Of a DNA stretch of 64,000 nt, positions 30,445 to 41,467 are shown piece after piece (positions within the stretch are counted from its first letter, which is position 1; each line of letters starts with the position of its first letter). Under the pieces are notes generated by a model. It did not search any database. It saw only the letters and a list, made by a program, of their open reading frames with translations, and was not told where the DNA came from. Position numbers and translations under genes: made by a program. This stretch comes from Nitrosopumilaceae archaeon. Lineage in GTDB: Archaea; Thermoproteota; Nitrososphaeria; Nitrososphaerales; Nitrosopumilaceae. The stretch is taken from positions 672,001 to 736,000 of the forward strand of contig CBDCCK010000002.1 of the NCBI GenBank assembly GCA_965214835.1, read 5' to 3'.

Positions 30445-32110
30445 GTACGAGGTCACGTTCCTAAACCAGTTTCATGACCTCGTCTGCTACGGATCTGCCC
30501 CTTGCCCTCCATGTCAGTATGCACGTCATAAACCACGACCACCTCCTCATCCAGAGTTCCCCTCCCTTGATCTGCCCGCTTATCTTGCGGAAGACGACGG
30601 CGTAACGGAGGGCACGCTCTGCGGCGTTGTTTGTGGGATGCACGCCGTCGTGCTCCAGGAACGTAAACAGGTGCGGCAGCGAGCTTGTCAGTCTGCGCAG
30701 TACCGGGCCCAGGACGGGGTCGTCCGTGCTTTCCCGGTACCCGAACAGTATGTTGCGCAGCCAGGACTCGAACCTTCTGCGCAGATCCTTGCCCCTGTCC
30801 TTCCTCCTCGCTGCCCTGACGGCGCTGCGGTACAGCTGCCGAAGCTGCTCGTACAGTATTCCCGCAAACAGCGGGGCGCCCTGCTTTTGCGCCGCGTATT
30901 TTGATACGCGCAGCTCGTGCGACCAGCACAGCTGGTGCCTGTCCTCCCCGTTGAACCTGTCATACACCGAATATTTGTCAGATGTCACTATTCTGCCATA
31001 CTTGTCCATGTGCCTGTCCAGGAACAGTGCGCCCCTGCTCGTATTGTACTTGACAAACACGCCGTTGTCCGTCTCGGCAGTCCATGTCCATATGCGGCTG
31101 CCGTTCATGTTGGCCGCAGTCTCGTCTATTCTGACGTTGGATGATCTCTTGATGCCGCCCAGGATCGCGCCTGACGGCTTTTGCATAGAGTCGCATACCC
31201 CTCCGATCATGTTGATTACGGTCGATTTGGCGATGCTCCTGCCGGTAAAATCCTTGAGCGTGTCTGCCACGGACTGTAGCGGCATGTGCCTTGCGCGCAA
31301 GGCAGACACAAGGGAGATCATGTGCTTGCCGTACCTGCCCCTCCTTGGGAGTCCGTCGTCTGCTGATATCGTAATGCCGCACAGTCTGCATGTGGCACGC
31401 TCGGTTATGTGTCGCGTCTCTGTCATCCGGACCGGTTCAAAGTCGATGATGTCCCGTATCAGGGCAGTTATGTCCATGGCCCTCCCGCACATGCACACCG
31501 GCGAGCACGTCCCGTCGTTGTCCTGGAACGTGTGAAGCACCGTCTTCTGTGGGTCGTGTCTTCTGGATGTCCCCTTGTGGCCCCTCTGGCCTCCCGGCTT
31601 TTTGCCGGTGCCACTATTGCTGCCGTTGCCACGGTTACTGGCCCTCTCCCTTTTCCGCTGCGCCTTTTGCCTCTTGTACTCTAGTGATTCTGCAGACGGT
31701 GGCGAGTTCTCGTGTATGTGGTCACGTCCCTTTGCCAGCTAGGCACGAAAATCATAATTGTACATGCCGATTCATGCCTGACTGGTGGGGGTAGGTGACC
31801 ACATACGTTCTCGTTCTCGTAGTACCGGAGCCGCCTGTTCTGCTCCTCGATTGTCCTGTCCTTCTCCTTCATCATCCTGTTCTGCTCCTCGATTGTCCTG
31901 TCCTTCTCCTTCATCATCCTGCACATTGCCTTTTGGTTATTTTCTAGCGTGCTTATTCTGTCTGTGAATGATACGATTGTGGCCTCTAGTTCGCGGTATG
32001 TGGGTCGACGGCCTTTCATGTTGATGCTATACAGGCATCGTATTTGATCAGCATGATCGCAATATGTTAAGCAGGTTGTCAAAACACGTCAAAACTAGGT
32101 GACCTCGTAC
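30445..32110 (-). mobile_element. IS66-family element whose transposase is disrupted by a MITE
   Basis: TIRs GTACGAGGTCAC / GTGACCTCGTAC; ORF pieces 30461-31540 and 31681-32082; no TSD. Confidence 0.9.
31714..31806. mobile_element. 93-bp IS66-type MITE
   Basis: 8-bp TSD GTTCTCGT. Confidence 0.93.
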
Positions 32111-32948
32111 CAGAAGCTTGACGTCGACATTGCAGAGAACATAATTACGGTGCGCGACAAGACCCGTAACCTGGTCATGATAGCCGATGCCACGGGCCTC
32201 GCAGCACAACCGGGGCGAGTGGATACGCAAGAAATGGAAGGTAAGGCGCGGATTTGTCAAGATGCACCTGATGGTCGACGCAGACACCAAGCAGGTGCTG
32301 GCAGTAGCCGTCACAGACGAGGCAGTCGGCGACAGCACGGAGCTGAAGGAACTGCTTGATGAGGCGTCCAGGAACATCAAGGAAGAGGAGAAAAATTGCA
32401 CCGACAGCGCAGACGCAGTCAAGAATATCAAGGAAGAGGAGAAAAATTGCACCGACAGCGCAGACGCAGTCAAGATCCCCAACATGCTTGCAGACGGGAC
32501 ATCGCCGCTGGCGCGGCTCGGCACCGGCGAGAACCAGGACATGCCGGGCAAGATCCTGCTTGCAGACGGCGGATACGGTTCAAGGAAAAACATAGCCGAG
32601 TGCCACAAGCGAGGCATAAGGCCACTCATACGGCTCTTGACAAGCTGCAATGCAAAGGGCAGGGGCAGCGGCGACAAGTGGGGCCTGCTGGTGCGATGGC
32701 AGCTCGGGGGCGGCCCCGAGGAGCCGGTGGGCAGCCTATCAAAGGAGGAGAGGCAGGAGAACCTGCGGTACTGGAAGAGCACGATCGGCTTTGGCATCAG
32801 ATGGATCGTCGAGATCGTGATATCGGCCATAAAGCGCATGTTTGGCGAGGACGTAAAGGCCCTCAAGTGGTCCAATATAGTGCAGGAGGTAAAGTTGAGG
32901 ATATGGCTGTACAACAAGTGGATCGCAGAGGCGGTGGCTGCCGTGTAG
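32111..32948 (+). pseudogene. IS5-family transposase, 5'-truncated, with a 51-bp tandem duplication
   Basis: IADATG, FVKMHL, LADGGY and RWIVE...S.IK motifs; NIKEEEKNCTDSADAVK twice (32372-32473). Confidence 0.8.
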
Positions 32949-33026
32949 GAACCGAGCGCCGGTAGTAATCCGGAAGAATTGGCTGGGCTCTAGTCGGAGT
33001 TATGCAACAAGCTACTACGTGAAGAA

Positions 33027-34740
33027 TAGACCTTATGCGTAATCGACCGGATCGAAATATTCCGACGGTGGCCGGCCACACATGCAAGGCTGACGGCATC
33101 ACATGACGTGTATGAGGGCGGCAGAGTCCGTATATAGTGCAGCTACGAGCCATTACAGCTGGTAAAAACTACAGTATAGTGCGGCATCGTGTGGCGCCGC
33201 AATGCGCTCCGTATCGTGGTATCAGAACCCATGCATGAGCTTCTTGTTCCGCTTGTCCCACAGCAGCCTAAAGTTGGCAAGCCCGGCCGTCACCTGGAAC
33301 TCCCTGTCGAACTCCTCGGCGGTCCCGTCGTACGGATCACGCATCCGCTTGTACTGCTTTATCCGTCCTATGGCGTGCTCTACTGTCACCCTCTTGCTGC
33401 TTATCCTCCTGTTCTGCGCTTTCTGTTTCTTTGTAAGCTTGCCTTTCCTTGGCTTCTTGTCGGGCTGCACGGATGTGGCCCCGGGATACACCTCCTCGAT
33501 TCCCATGTATCCCAGGTCAGAGAACATCTTTACCTTCTCGTCCTCGGGGTGCTTTCTGTTGCTGCGCATCCTGGCAGTCAGGATTCCCAGATCCGGTGGG
33601 TTGTTCTTTATCATGGTGAGGTCGTGCGTGCTTCCGGGCGCCGACTTGCTTGCATACATCGCCAGTCCCTTCTTGTCGGCAATCACCTGGGTGTTGCGCG
33701 TAAAGCTCTTCTTCTTGCCAGAGTATGCCTCCTTTCTTGGCTCCTTGTCTGTGGGGCGCTGTATGTCGATGTGCGTGCCGTCTACAATCACGGTCAGATC
33801 CGGGACGATCTTCTTGACTTCCTTGATCGTGCGGGCGTTTCGTATCTTTCGCGATACGGCGTCCGGCGTGGGCAGTATCTTGGTGAATATCATGTCGCAA
33901 TACCTGAGGTACCTGCATACGGTGCTCTGGTCTATGCCAAAGAATGCCGCAAGCTGCTCCTGTGTCGGGTTTCCGTACTTGCGCATCAGCGACATCAGCA
34001 GGGCGTGGCGGTAGGACAGCTTGCACCGGTTTCCGGGCAAGTTGTCCTCGTCTTCTGAGAACAGGGGGCCTTCTGTGTGCTTTTTGGCAAGCTTCGTAAA
34101 CCGGTCATATATGTAGTCAAACTGGCGGAGGTTCATCGACGTGGTGGGCTGCAGGGACCCGCCACCGATTATGTCATCGAGCACCTCGAGCCTGTGCATG
34201 AGGGCGGCGTTGTCCGCGGAGCGCCTGTCGTCATCCCAGGTTGCGGGCCACATCCGGCGCTCGGCGTCCAGCTGCTGTTCCAGCTGCCCTATCCTCTCCT
34301 GATCCCACTCCTGCCTCCTGCCGTCCTGCCTGCTCTTCTTCTCGTACTCTCTGATCTCCTTCCTGTACTGCATCCTCTCCGTCCTGTCCCGCGCCTTCTT
34401 CCTGTCCTGCCTGCTCTTCTTCTCGTGCCTCTTGATCCTCTTCTCATACTTCTTGATCTTCTTTTTGTCCCGCGCCTTCTCCTTCCTGTCCTGTACCTTC
34501 TTCTCGTACTGCTCGATTCTCTTCTTCAGCAGTCGTATCTGCTCGGTCTCGGACTTTGCCATTACTCTTATGCGAGAATGGATCCCGGATCTAAATCAAT
34601 CGTCTGAAAATAGTTGTGGTTTTGATCAAATATTTTCAACGTTGTAAGGTACAGTCGCGCGTGCGCCGGCCCTGACTTGCCTCATTTGTAGCCCGTGCGC
34701 CAGGGGCATCGCCGCTAATTTCGTTTACGCATAAGGTCTA
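33027..34740 (-). mobile_element. IS5-family (DDE_Tnp_4-type) element, intact
   Basis: TIRs TAGACCTTATGCGTAA / TTACGCATAAGGTCTA. Confidence 0.92.
33222..34562 (-). CDS. DDE_Tnp_4 transposase with a charged, repetitive coiled-coil N-terminus
   Basis: IVDGT, YSGKKK, HD, SDLGY and RVTVEHAIGRIK motifs. Confidence 0.9.
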   Translation of the reverse strand: MAKSETEQIRLLKKRIEQYEKKVQDRKEKARDKKKIKKYEKRIKRHEKKSRQDRKKARDRTERMQYRKEIREYEKKSRQDGRRQEWDQERIGQLEQQLDAERRMWPATWDDDRRSADNAALMHRLEVLDDIIGGGSLQPTTSMNLRQFDYIYDRFTKLAKKHTEGPLFSEDEDNLPGNRCKLSYRHALLMSLMRKYGNPTQEQLAAFFGIDQSTVCRYLRYCDMIFTKILPTPDAVSRKIRNARTIKEVKKIVPDLTVIVDGTHIDIQRPTDKEPRKEAYSGKKKSFTRNTQVIADKKGLAMYASKSAPGSTHDLTMIKNNPPDLGILTARMRSNRKHPEDEKVKMFSDLGYMGIEEVYPGATSVQPDKKPRKGKLTKKQKAQNRRISSKRVTVEHAIGRIKQYKRMRDPYDGTAEEFDREFQVTAGLANFRLLWDKRNKKLMHGF

Positions 34741-35271
34741 TTATTCCCTGATGAAGTTAGAAGAATAATGGTACATGAGAAAATTCACATGAAAAAATAC
34801 GATGATGCCCTCAAAGAACTGCAGGGAGAAGATTGCCAGGCATATCTTAATGGTGAACCTTTGCAGTTTCGAACCAAAAGCGATTTTTGTAAATTCAAAA
34901 GCAAGTACATGCCCAAATCTTTTAGAGATGTACTGTATGATGAAGAACGTAAAGCAGGAATTGACAGACTTTATGAAAAACTAAGCAACAGCTCACATGC
35001 CAATATAACACGTAATACCACGGCAGTAGGCTATGAGCCCAGAAATACTGAGATATTTTTTGAGTTTCTAAAGATCCTGTCTTACTTTAACATAGAGGCC
35101 TACTTGGAAAGCAACTTTGGTTTGTTGCATCGCTTGAATCTAATCCAAAAGTCAAAAGATTTTCTAAACATGACGGCTGAAAAGTTTGGAACCATAATGT
35201 CTGATGTGTACTTTATTCCAAACAATGGTGATTTGTCTTCAAGATTAAAATTAAAACCTATTTCAAGATAG
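34741..35271 (+). pseudogene. C-terminal part of an AT-rich HEPN/DUF5677-like protein
   Basis: Frame open from the IS end; LYEKLSNSSHAN motif. Confidence 0.45.
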
Positions 35272-35354
35272 ATTCCTTCTTTGTTACGTCTATAGTATTG
35301 CCATATCTTGACAAATCAGGCCATACTGCCTCGATCCCGTGCACATCAACGTCA

Positions 35355-36250
35355 TCACACCGAAGACGGACGTGCAACTGCGTCAATCCCCATATCCCGT
35401 ATGGCCTTTGCCAGCCTTTGTCCCTGCCCTCCGCGTACGGAGTCTGTCACAACGTGCTTTGGCCCTGCCTTTTTCACATATTCGATTATCGACGCATAGT
35501 CCGCATGATCCATGAACTCTATCTTATAGTCGCCGTTCTTTTTGATGGTGGTACCCGCTCCCAGAAACCTCCCACCCAGGTTGAAGACGGCCGTCCGCAG
35601 TCCCTTGAGGTCCGGCGCCACCAGGATGCATACCACCCTGCACCGGAACAGGCCCGAGTGGTTCTGCCTCATCGACGTCTCTGCGCGCTCTAATTTTTCG
35701 TACTCGGCTGCTGCAGACTTTGAGCGCAGCGAGGACTCGTAGACCAGCTCCTTTCTCTTGCGTATGCCCTCGAGCGCGTCCTGGTGCCGCACGGGCTCTA
35801 TCCAGATGTCCACCTCGTGGCATGCGGGAAATATCCCCGTCGCAATCCACCCCCACGCAATTTCGTAGGGGAGGCGGCGCAGCGTAAAGCACTTTGCCAC
35901 CGCGGCCGCCCCGTCGCCGACATCCACGTCCATGTGGCGCCAGCCCTCGCGCAGTATCCTGATCTGCCCGTGCCCGCCGATATCGGCGGTATACTCGTAG
36001 CGCAGCGCATCAAATATCCGGTTGAGCGGCTCGCCGCTTGAGACATACAGCTGCAGTATGGGCATCCCCACCATCTGCCCGTCCACGGGATTGTCAGCAT
36101 CTTTCTTGCCAGCCTTATCCGAATCGGCTTGGATATCACGCGCAGCAGATCAAAGAACTCGCCCAGATTCTTGCGCTGCTTTTGCTCGGGAAGCGTGACA
36201 AAGTTTGTCGGCGTTACGGTATAGTGGTACGAGAACCTCACACCAGACAA
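35355..36250 (-). pseudogene. Fusion remnant: N-terminus of a putative conjugation (VirB4-like) protein joined to the C-terminus of an MBL-fold nuclease
   Basis: PTNFVTLPEQKQ N-terminus, frameshift near 36085, then abrupt switch to FMDHADYASIIEYVKKAGPKHVVTD. Confidence 0.45.
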
Positions 36251-36280
36251 GCGGGCCCGGCCTTAAAAGGGCGGCACCGC

Positions 36281-37774
36281 TTGACGCGTGTGGAGCACCA
36301 TGCCGGGGAGTTCAGCATAGCGCGGTTTGAGACCAGCGATCCGGGAGACGTTATAGGGTCATACGGGGTAAACGGTGCTACCGTACACATAACGCGTGAC
36401 GGCAGGTACCTCGTGTCCGAGCCCGCACTGAGCGCCAGGGCGGAGAGGGTGTGGCGGGGACTGATGGAGAACCTGTACTATTCGTTTGCGGACACGCACG
36501 TGGGGGATGCCGTGCAGGCGGTAAAGGACAGGCTCGAGGAGGAGGCAAGGCAGACGGCGGTGCTCGACATATACGGGGCAGAAAAGGAGGCAATCGAGTA
36601 CTATCTGATACGCGACATCGCCGGATACAGGGAGCTTGACGTGCTGATGAGGGATCCGGGCATAGAGGATATAATATGCACCAGGTTTGACAGGGAGGTG
36701 GCAGTCATCCACCGCGACCACCCGGAGGCCGAGATGCTCAAGACCAACATCAGGTTTGCAACGCAGGAATCCCTTGACGGCCTGCTGCAGATAATGGCCC
36801 AGCGCAACGGCACGGCCCCCACGATATCCAAGCCCATATCGTACTGTTCCACCCACGACAACGACAGGATAACCATAACGTGGAAGGACGAGGTCTCAAG
36901 GCCCGGATCCACGCTTGCGATCAGAAAGTTTCCAAGGGAGCCGTATACGATAACGCACCTGCTGGAATCCGGCGTGCTCAGCCCCCTGCTTGCCGCATAC
37001 GTCTGGGTGATGAACGACGCAAGATCGTTCTCCTTCATAGTAGGCGAGACGGGCTCGGGCAAGACGACCATGATAAACGCCCTTGCCTGCATGATGCACC
37101 CCCGGTGGCACGTGCTGACCATCGAGGAGACGCGGGAGCTGAGCATACCGCACTACTGGAACGAGTACATGGTCACGCGGGCCAGCCCGCACCTTGCCAA
37201 GTCGGATTACGACATTGATATAATGGGCCTCGGCATGGCCGCGCTGAGAAAAAAGCCGCACTATGTCATAGTCGGCGAGGTCCGCGGAAGGGAGGCGCAG
37301 CAGCTGTTCCAGGTCGCGCTCACCGGGCACGGGTGCGTATCCAGCATACATGCGCCCGGCGCAGGCGACCTGATGGTCAGGCTGGGCGGCGACGAGATGG
37401 GAGTCACGCAGACCCAGCAGGCAAGCATAGACTATCTTATCCAGATACAGAAGGTGAAGACGGGCAGGGAAACCGTGGCAAGGAGGGTCACAAGTGTAAC
37501 GGAGGTGGCCGGGGGAGCCGTCCCGGAGCTGCACGAGCTGTTCTCGTATGATCCGGCAGCGGAGTCGTTCCTGCCGGGCGACATAGATGACGTGGTATCT
37601 AACAGCGTAAAGATAAGGGATGCCACCAAATTTCTCGGCATAGATGACATCGGGAAAGACATAGGGAGGCGCATCTCGCTTCTTGACGAGTGCGTGAGGA
37701 GCAGGGCGCACAGCGTGCGCGACGTGTTTGGGATAACCTCCAGATACTACGGCGTGGCATCGCCTGGCTCCTGA
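36281..37774 (+). CDS. Type II/IV secretion ATPase (VirB11/TadA/FlaI family)
   Basis: TLAIRKF, GETGSGKTT, TIEETREL, VIVGEVRG and TGH..SSIHA motifs; in-frame TTG at 36281. Confidence 0.92.
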   Translation: MTRVEHHAGEFSIARFETSDPGDVIGSYGVNGATVHITRDGRYLVSEPALSARAERVWRGLMENLYYSFADTHVGDAVQAVKDRLEEEARQTAVLDIYGAEKEAIEYYLIRDIAGYRELDVLMRDPGIEDIICTRFDREVAVIHRDHPEAEMLKTNIRFATQESLDGLLQIMAQRNGTAPTISKPISYCSTHDNDRITITWKDEVSRPGSTLAIRKFPREPYTITHLLESGVLSPLLAAYVWVMNDARSFSFIVGETGSGKTTMINALACMMHPRWHVLTIEETRELSIPHYWNEYMVTRASPHLAKSDYDIDIMGLGMAALRKKPHYVIVGEVRGREAQQLFQVALTGHGCVSSIHAPGAGDLMVRLGGDEMGVTQTQQASIDYLIQIQKVKTGRETVARRVTSVTEVAGGAVPELHELFSYDPAAESFLPGDIDDVVSNSVKIRDATKFLGIDDIGKDIGRRISLLDECVRSRAHSVRDVFGITSRYYGVASPGS

Positions 37775-37779
37775 GTATA

Positions 37780-38181
37780 TCAGTTACTGTTTGATTCTAG
37801 GAACCTCTCGTTTGAGAGTATCGCAGTACCGTGAAGCGCGGCAAACATGTACGCTACTGCCATGCTTGCACCCGGGTCAAACTCATGCGTGACGATGACG
37901 GGCAGCGATGCAACGCATGCCGTCTCAACTACTGCGGTTATCAGCCAAGAGATTCTGATTGAGAATTTCCTGTATACCGCGGACAGTATGATGCTCTGCT
38001 CGTGTCCTGGTATGCGGAAGCTGTTCGCAAACGTGATGCGCAGATCCAGATACATGGCAGATGCCCACATCCCGAGTATTGCCGGTATGGAGGCCCAGTC
38101 TATATCGGGCCTTGTAAAAAAATACAAAAAGAGTATGGAGGCCGAGGATATGATCCCGGCACGGTCAGGGGCGCGGAACAA
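37780..38181 (-). CDS. Hypothetical membrane protein
   Basis: About four hydrophobic segments. Confidence 0.55.
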   Translation of the reverse strand: MFRAPDRAGIISSASILFLYFFTRPDIDWASIPAILGMWASAMYLDLRITFANSFRIPGHEQSIILSAVYRKFSIRISWLITAVVETACVASLPVIVTHEFDPGASMAVAYMFAALHGTAILSNERFLESNSN

Positions 38182-38470
38182 ACCTGTACTGGATGCCCTT
38201 TATCCCAAAGGCAACTATGATCACCACGGCCCCACCTATCCGTATCGCGTTGAGGGCTATGCTTATCAGGCCCGTGACGTCCTCTGAGAATATCGCGTTC
38301 TCCTGACACTGCTCGTCCTCGCCCACCGCACAGAACGTGTTGATGTCGACCCCCATGAGGGGCGCTATGATTGTAGGTGCGGCAATGATGAATATCATCG
38401 CGACGAAGGCCTTCTTTCCGAACCTGACAAGGTCTCCCTTGCTCTTTCCCTCGTCATCGTCTCCGAACAT
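38165..38470 (-). CDS. Pilin/VirB2-like membrane protein, possibly 5'-truncated
   Basis: Hydrophobic helices (KKAFVAMIFIIAAPTII; IGGAVVIIVAFGI) and a Cys pair; near the secretion ATPase. Confidence 0.45.
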   Translation of the reverse strand: MFGDDDEGKSKGDLVRFGKKAFVAMIFIIAAPTIIAPLMGVDINTFCAVGEDEQCQENAIFSEDVTGLISIALNAIRIGGAVVIIVAFGIKGIQYRFVPRP

Positions 38471-38517
38471 GGTGTGTATGATGCCGTTTGATTTAAGGGG
38501 CAAAAGATGACGTAGCG

Positions 38518-38605
38518 TAGTGTCTGCACCAAATAATTGATCATGTTTTTGACACATCGTGCCTATTTTGATACAAAACTGCTTGGTTTTCAATCGTAGA
38601 CACTA
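38518..38605. mobile_element. 88-bp TAGTG...CACTA MITE
   Basis: Same length and core as 40636-40723. Confidence 0.8.
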
Positions 38606-38812
38606 CGTATTTCTAACTACTGAACCAATAGCTCGATTGTACCGACGACTAGCTTCCACTTCATCTATTATTTTGTAAAACTTTTCACCATCTGTGCCAA
38701 TACTTGCTTCTCCTATAATTTTTTCATCTTCAAGCTTTTTCCTTACCTCCTCTACAGTGTTAGGTGACGATACTTGAGGCAAATTCTGTATCATTTGCTT
38801 GTCTGAAAATTC

Positions 38813-40447
38813 GTATGAGGTCACCTACCCCTCACAATAGGGTAAACATTACTGACGGTGCTGATCCTTATACTATGATCGCGTAGACTAGGCATTGTGA
38901 AAGGTCAGCTCTCCGCATGCTACGAGATCAAGGCATCTACAGCATCGCCCACGGAGACGATAAAGAATCTAAAAAAGGACCTCAAGGAGCGTGACAATAT
39001 CATTGAGGAGCAGGGCAGGACCATTGAAAGGCTAAACAAGACACTTGAAAAGCGCGACAAGACCATCAGGGAGCAGGACAACCGGCTCCGGTACTACGAG
39101 AACGAGAACTCGCCCCCGTCGGCAGACTCGCTGGAGTGGAAGAGGCAAAAGGCGCAGAGGAGAAAGGAGAGGGCCCGGCCCGATGCTGCAGCCGGGGATG
39201 ACGGCACCGGGGAGGACAGAAAAAAGCCCGGCGGCCAGAAGGGCCACAAGGGCGTATCGCGCACCCACCGGCCCACCAGGGTACAGAAACACTGCTTTCC
39301 GGGTGGACGGGCGCCGGAGTGCAAGTGCGGCACCACCACAGAGATCATGAAAAAGCCGCAGGTGCGCGACATGATAGGATTCAAGATAAAGTACACCGAG
39401 ACGCGCCACGAGACACAGAGGGCAGTGTGCCCGAAATGCGGCACCATGCATACTGCCCCCGACGGCCTGCCCCGACGCGGCAGCTATGACACGAGCGTGG
39501 TCACAGCCGTCACAAAGCTGCGCAGCGAGGGCGTCCCACACAACAGGATCCCGGGTATAATGTCAGATATCCTGGGCGTGCACATGTCAAAGTCAACTGC
39601 AATCAACAGCATAGGACGCGTCTGCGACGCCGCAAAGGCGCCTGCCGAGGCCATCGCAGAGGAGGTAAGAAGCTCAAAGACGGTCTGCATAGACGAGACG
39701 GGGATCAACCTGGCAGGCAGGCTGGGATGGGCGTGGGCCATGCTGTCGGCGGTGGGCGTGTTCATGATATATGCAGACACCAGGAGCGCCCGGATCCTGG
39801 ACCAGTACATGGGCGGGTACGGGGGCGTCGTCACATCGGATGGATATCCCGCATACAAGAGGTTCGGGCTGCTGGGAAGGCTCCAGCGGTGCCGGGCGCA
39901 CGAGCTGCGGTTCCTCCTGTATGGCTCGCAGAAAAAGGGCGCCCTGCTGTTTGCAGGAGTCCTGTACCGGCAGATGCAGCAGCTGTTCAAGGATGCCAGG
40001 GAGTGTCTTGAGGGCTGGGACAAGCTGTCCGGGGAGGATCTCCGGGAGCTCGAGGAGAGGACGGGGATAAGCAGTGCCGACGGACTGATGGGGCGGCACT
40101 CGCCGGAGCTGCGCCGGCGGTTTGAGACCAACATGCAGAACATGCTGTTCGGATACGTTGATGCATGGGGCGGCCCGCTGGAGCCCCTTCTCAAGAGGAT
40201 GCACAGGGCCCTGCCGTGCATGTTTGCGTTTCTGGAATACGAGGGTGTCGAGCCGACCAACAATGGTGCAGAGCGGGCGCTGCGCCCCGTCGTACTTCAA
40301 TTCAAGATAAGCGGCCAGATCAAGGGCGGCCTGGTCTGGACGGAGAGGCATGGATGGCTCAATACATGCGTGTCGACATGGAAGCTGCAGGGCAAGTCCA
40401 TCATGGATGAGGTGGCCAAAATAATCTAGGGGTAGGTGACCACATAC
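38813..40447 (+). mobile_element. IS66-family element, intact (copy B)
   Basis: Same TIRs as copy A; 8-bp TSD GAAAATTC. Confidence 0.95.
38897..40429 (+). CDS. IS66-family transposase
   Basis: 510 aa, only a few substitutions relative to 3096-4628. Confidence 0.93.
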   Translation: MKGQLSACYEIKASTASPTETIKNLKKDLKERDNIIEEQGRTIERLNKTLEKRDKTIREQDNRLRYYENENSPPSADSLEWKRQKAQRRKERARPDAAAGDDGTGEDRKKPGGQKGHKGVSRTHRPTRVQKHCFPGGRAPECKCGTTTEIMKKPQVRDMIGFKIKYTETRHETQRAVCPKCGTMHTAPDGLPRRGSYDTSVVTAVTKLRSEGVPHNRIPGIMSDILGVHMSKSTAINSIGRVCDAAKAPAEAIAEEVRSSKTVCIDETGINLAGRLGWAWAMLSAVGVFMIYADTRSARILDQYMGGYGGVVTSDGYPAYKRFGLLGRLQRCRAHELRFLLYGSQKKGALLFAGVLYRQMQQLFKDARECLEGWDKLSGEDLRELEERTGISSADGLMGRHSPELRRRFETNMQNMLFGYVDAWGGPLEPLLKRMHRALPCMFAFLEYEGVEPTNNGAERALRPVVLQFKISGQIKGGLVWTERHGWLNTCVSTWKLQGKSIMDEVAKII

Positions 40448-40635
40448 GAAAATTCTCTTAGAATGTTGTCTTTACCCAAAAGAATCAATTCTAAAAAATC
40501 TTTTGCAGCCTTGTCTTTTTCTGACTTGTCTCGTTCTGGTTTACCAGCTTCGTTTTCCAACAATATGTGGAGATATTTGCTAATATAATACCATGACGAT
40601 AAAACCTAGGTGTGAAGTCACCGCCCCATAGTGCA

Positions 40636-40723
40636 TAGTGCGCACATCAAAAAAATGGACCGTAATTTTGACATATCGTGCCTATTTTGATAAAAAATGT
40701 CCGGATTTCAACTGTGCGCACTA
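40636..40723. mobile_element. 88-bp TAGTG...CACTA MITE
   Basis: TIRs TAGTGCGCAC / GTGCGCACTA. Confidence 0.8.
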
Positions 40724-40899
40724 CAGATCAAAAGATCTTGGACACATGTGAATATGAGCTACGCAGGAAGATGCTTTTCGATGATCAGAGACTTTCAATC
40801 GCCACTATGCTTTATTTATCACTACATCTTTTCCTTGCTATGGCGAAGAGTGTTTTTACTGTGGCCGAATCATGCGCCAGTAGCAAAAACCATGTAAAC

Positions 40900-41467
40900 G
40901 TGAATGCAGTAATTCTGTTGGGATTTTTTTTATTGCTCTCAAGTATGGCGGTCATTGACTCTGTGTATGCAGAACAAGAGACACAGATTCTCATAACAGG
41001 TGAGACAAACCCAAAAGTCAGTTTGACGAGCAATCCATACGAATACAGAGTCGAAATTATTGGGGACATACAAAATAGTGGCAAGCTTGAACGTTGTTTT
41101 GGAGGCAACCCTGATTTTTGTGTTTTATCAAGAATTCTGGAGGGTGGCGATGATCGTGTTTTTTATCATCATTTTGACGGAGCTTGGCTTCTATCTAACG
41201 ATTTTTTACAATCGAAGGAAACCATAATGTACAAGAACGGCAAGGCTGTAGGATCATTGGATATTTTCCCTGTAGTCATATCTCAAAGCGTTAGAGTTGA
41301 CCCAGACTTGAGGGAAAAGCTGTCAAACTCATCTATCGATATTTTAGAATACCATGAACAATATGATTCCTCATATGTTGTACTTTTTGAACTATGTCCT
41401 GGCTCTCAAAGCGTTACTTCTCCAGAAATTTTTATAAAATCTGATCGTGGAGTTCAGTCATATACAC
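40900..41467 (+). pseudogene. Secreted protein, 3'-truncated by IS5
   Basis: GTG start with signal peptide NAVILLGFFLLLSSMAVIDSVYA; frame runs into the IS end. Confidence 0.65.

Larger units (their letters stand above)
38603..40564 (-). pseudogene. Small hypothetical gene split by IS66 copy B
   Basis: Removing the IS and one TSD restores LLENEAGKPERDK...DNILREFSDKQMIQNLPQV in one frame. Confidence 0.7.

Noticed and set aside
34260-34560. K/R/E-rich repeats at the transposase N-terminus as a separate system
   Set aside because: In-frame slippage repeats in a coiled coil, explained by the IS itself
36038-36280. N-terminal extension of the 578-aa ATPase ORF
   Set aside because: Overlaps the divergent gene; TTG 36281 after a TATA-like box is more plausible
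40678-40899. N-terminal extensions of ORFs 40678, 38593, 48224, 47152 and 52680
   Set aside because: They begin inside MITE or IS ends, so the starts are artefactual
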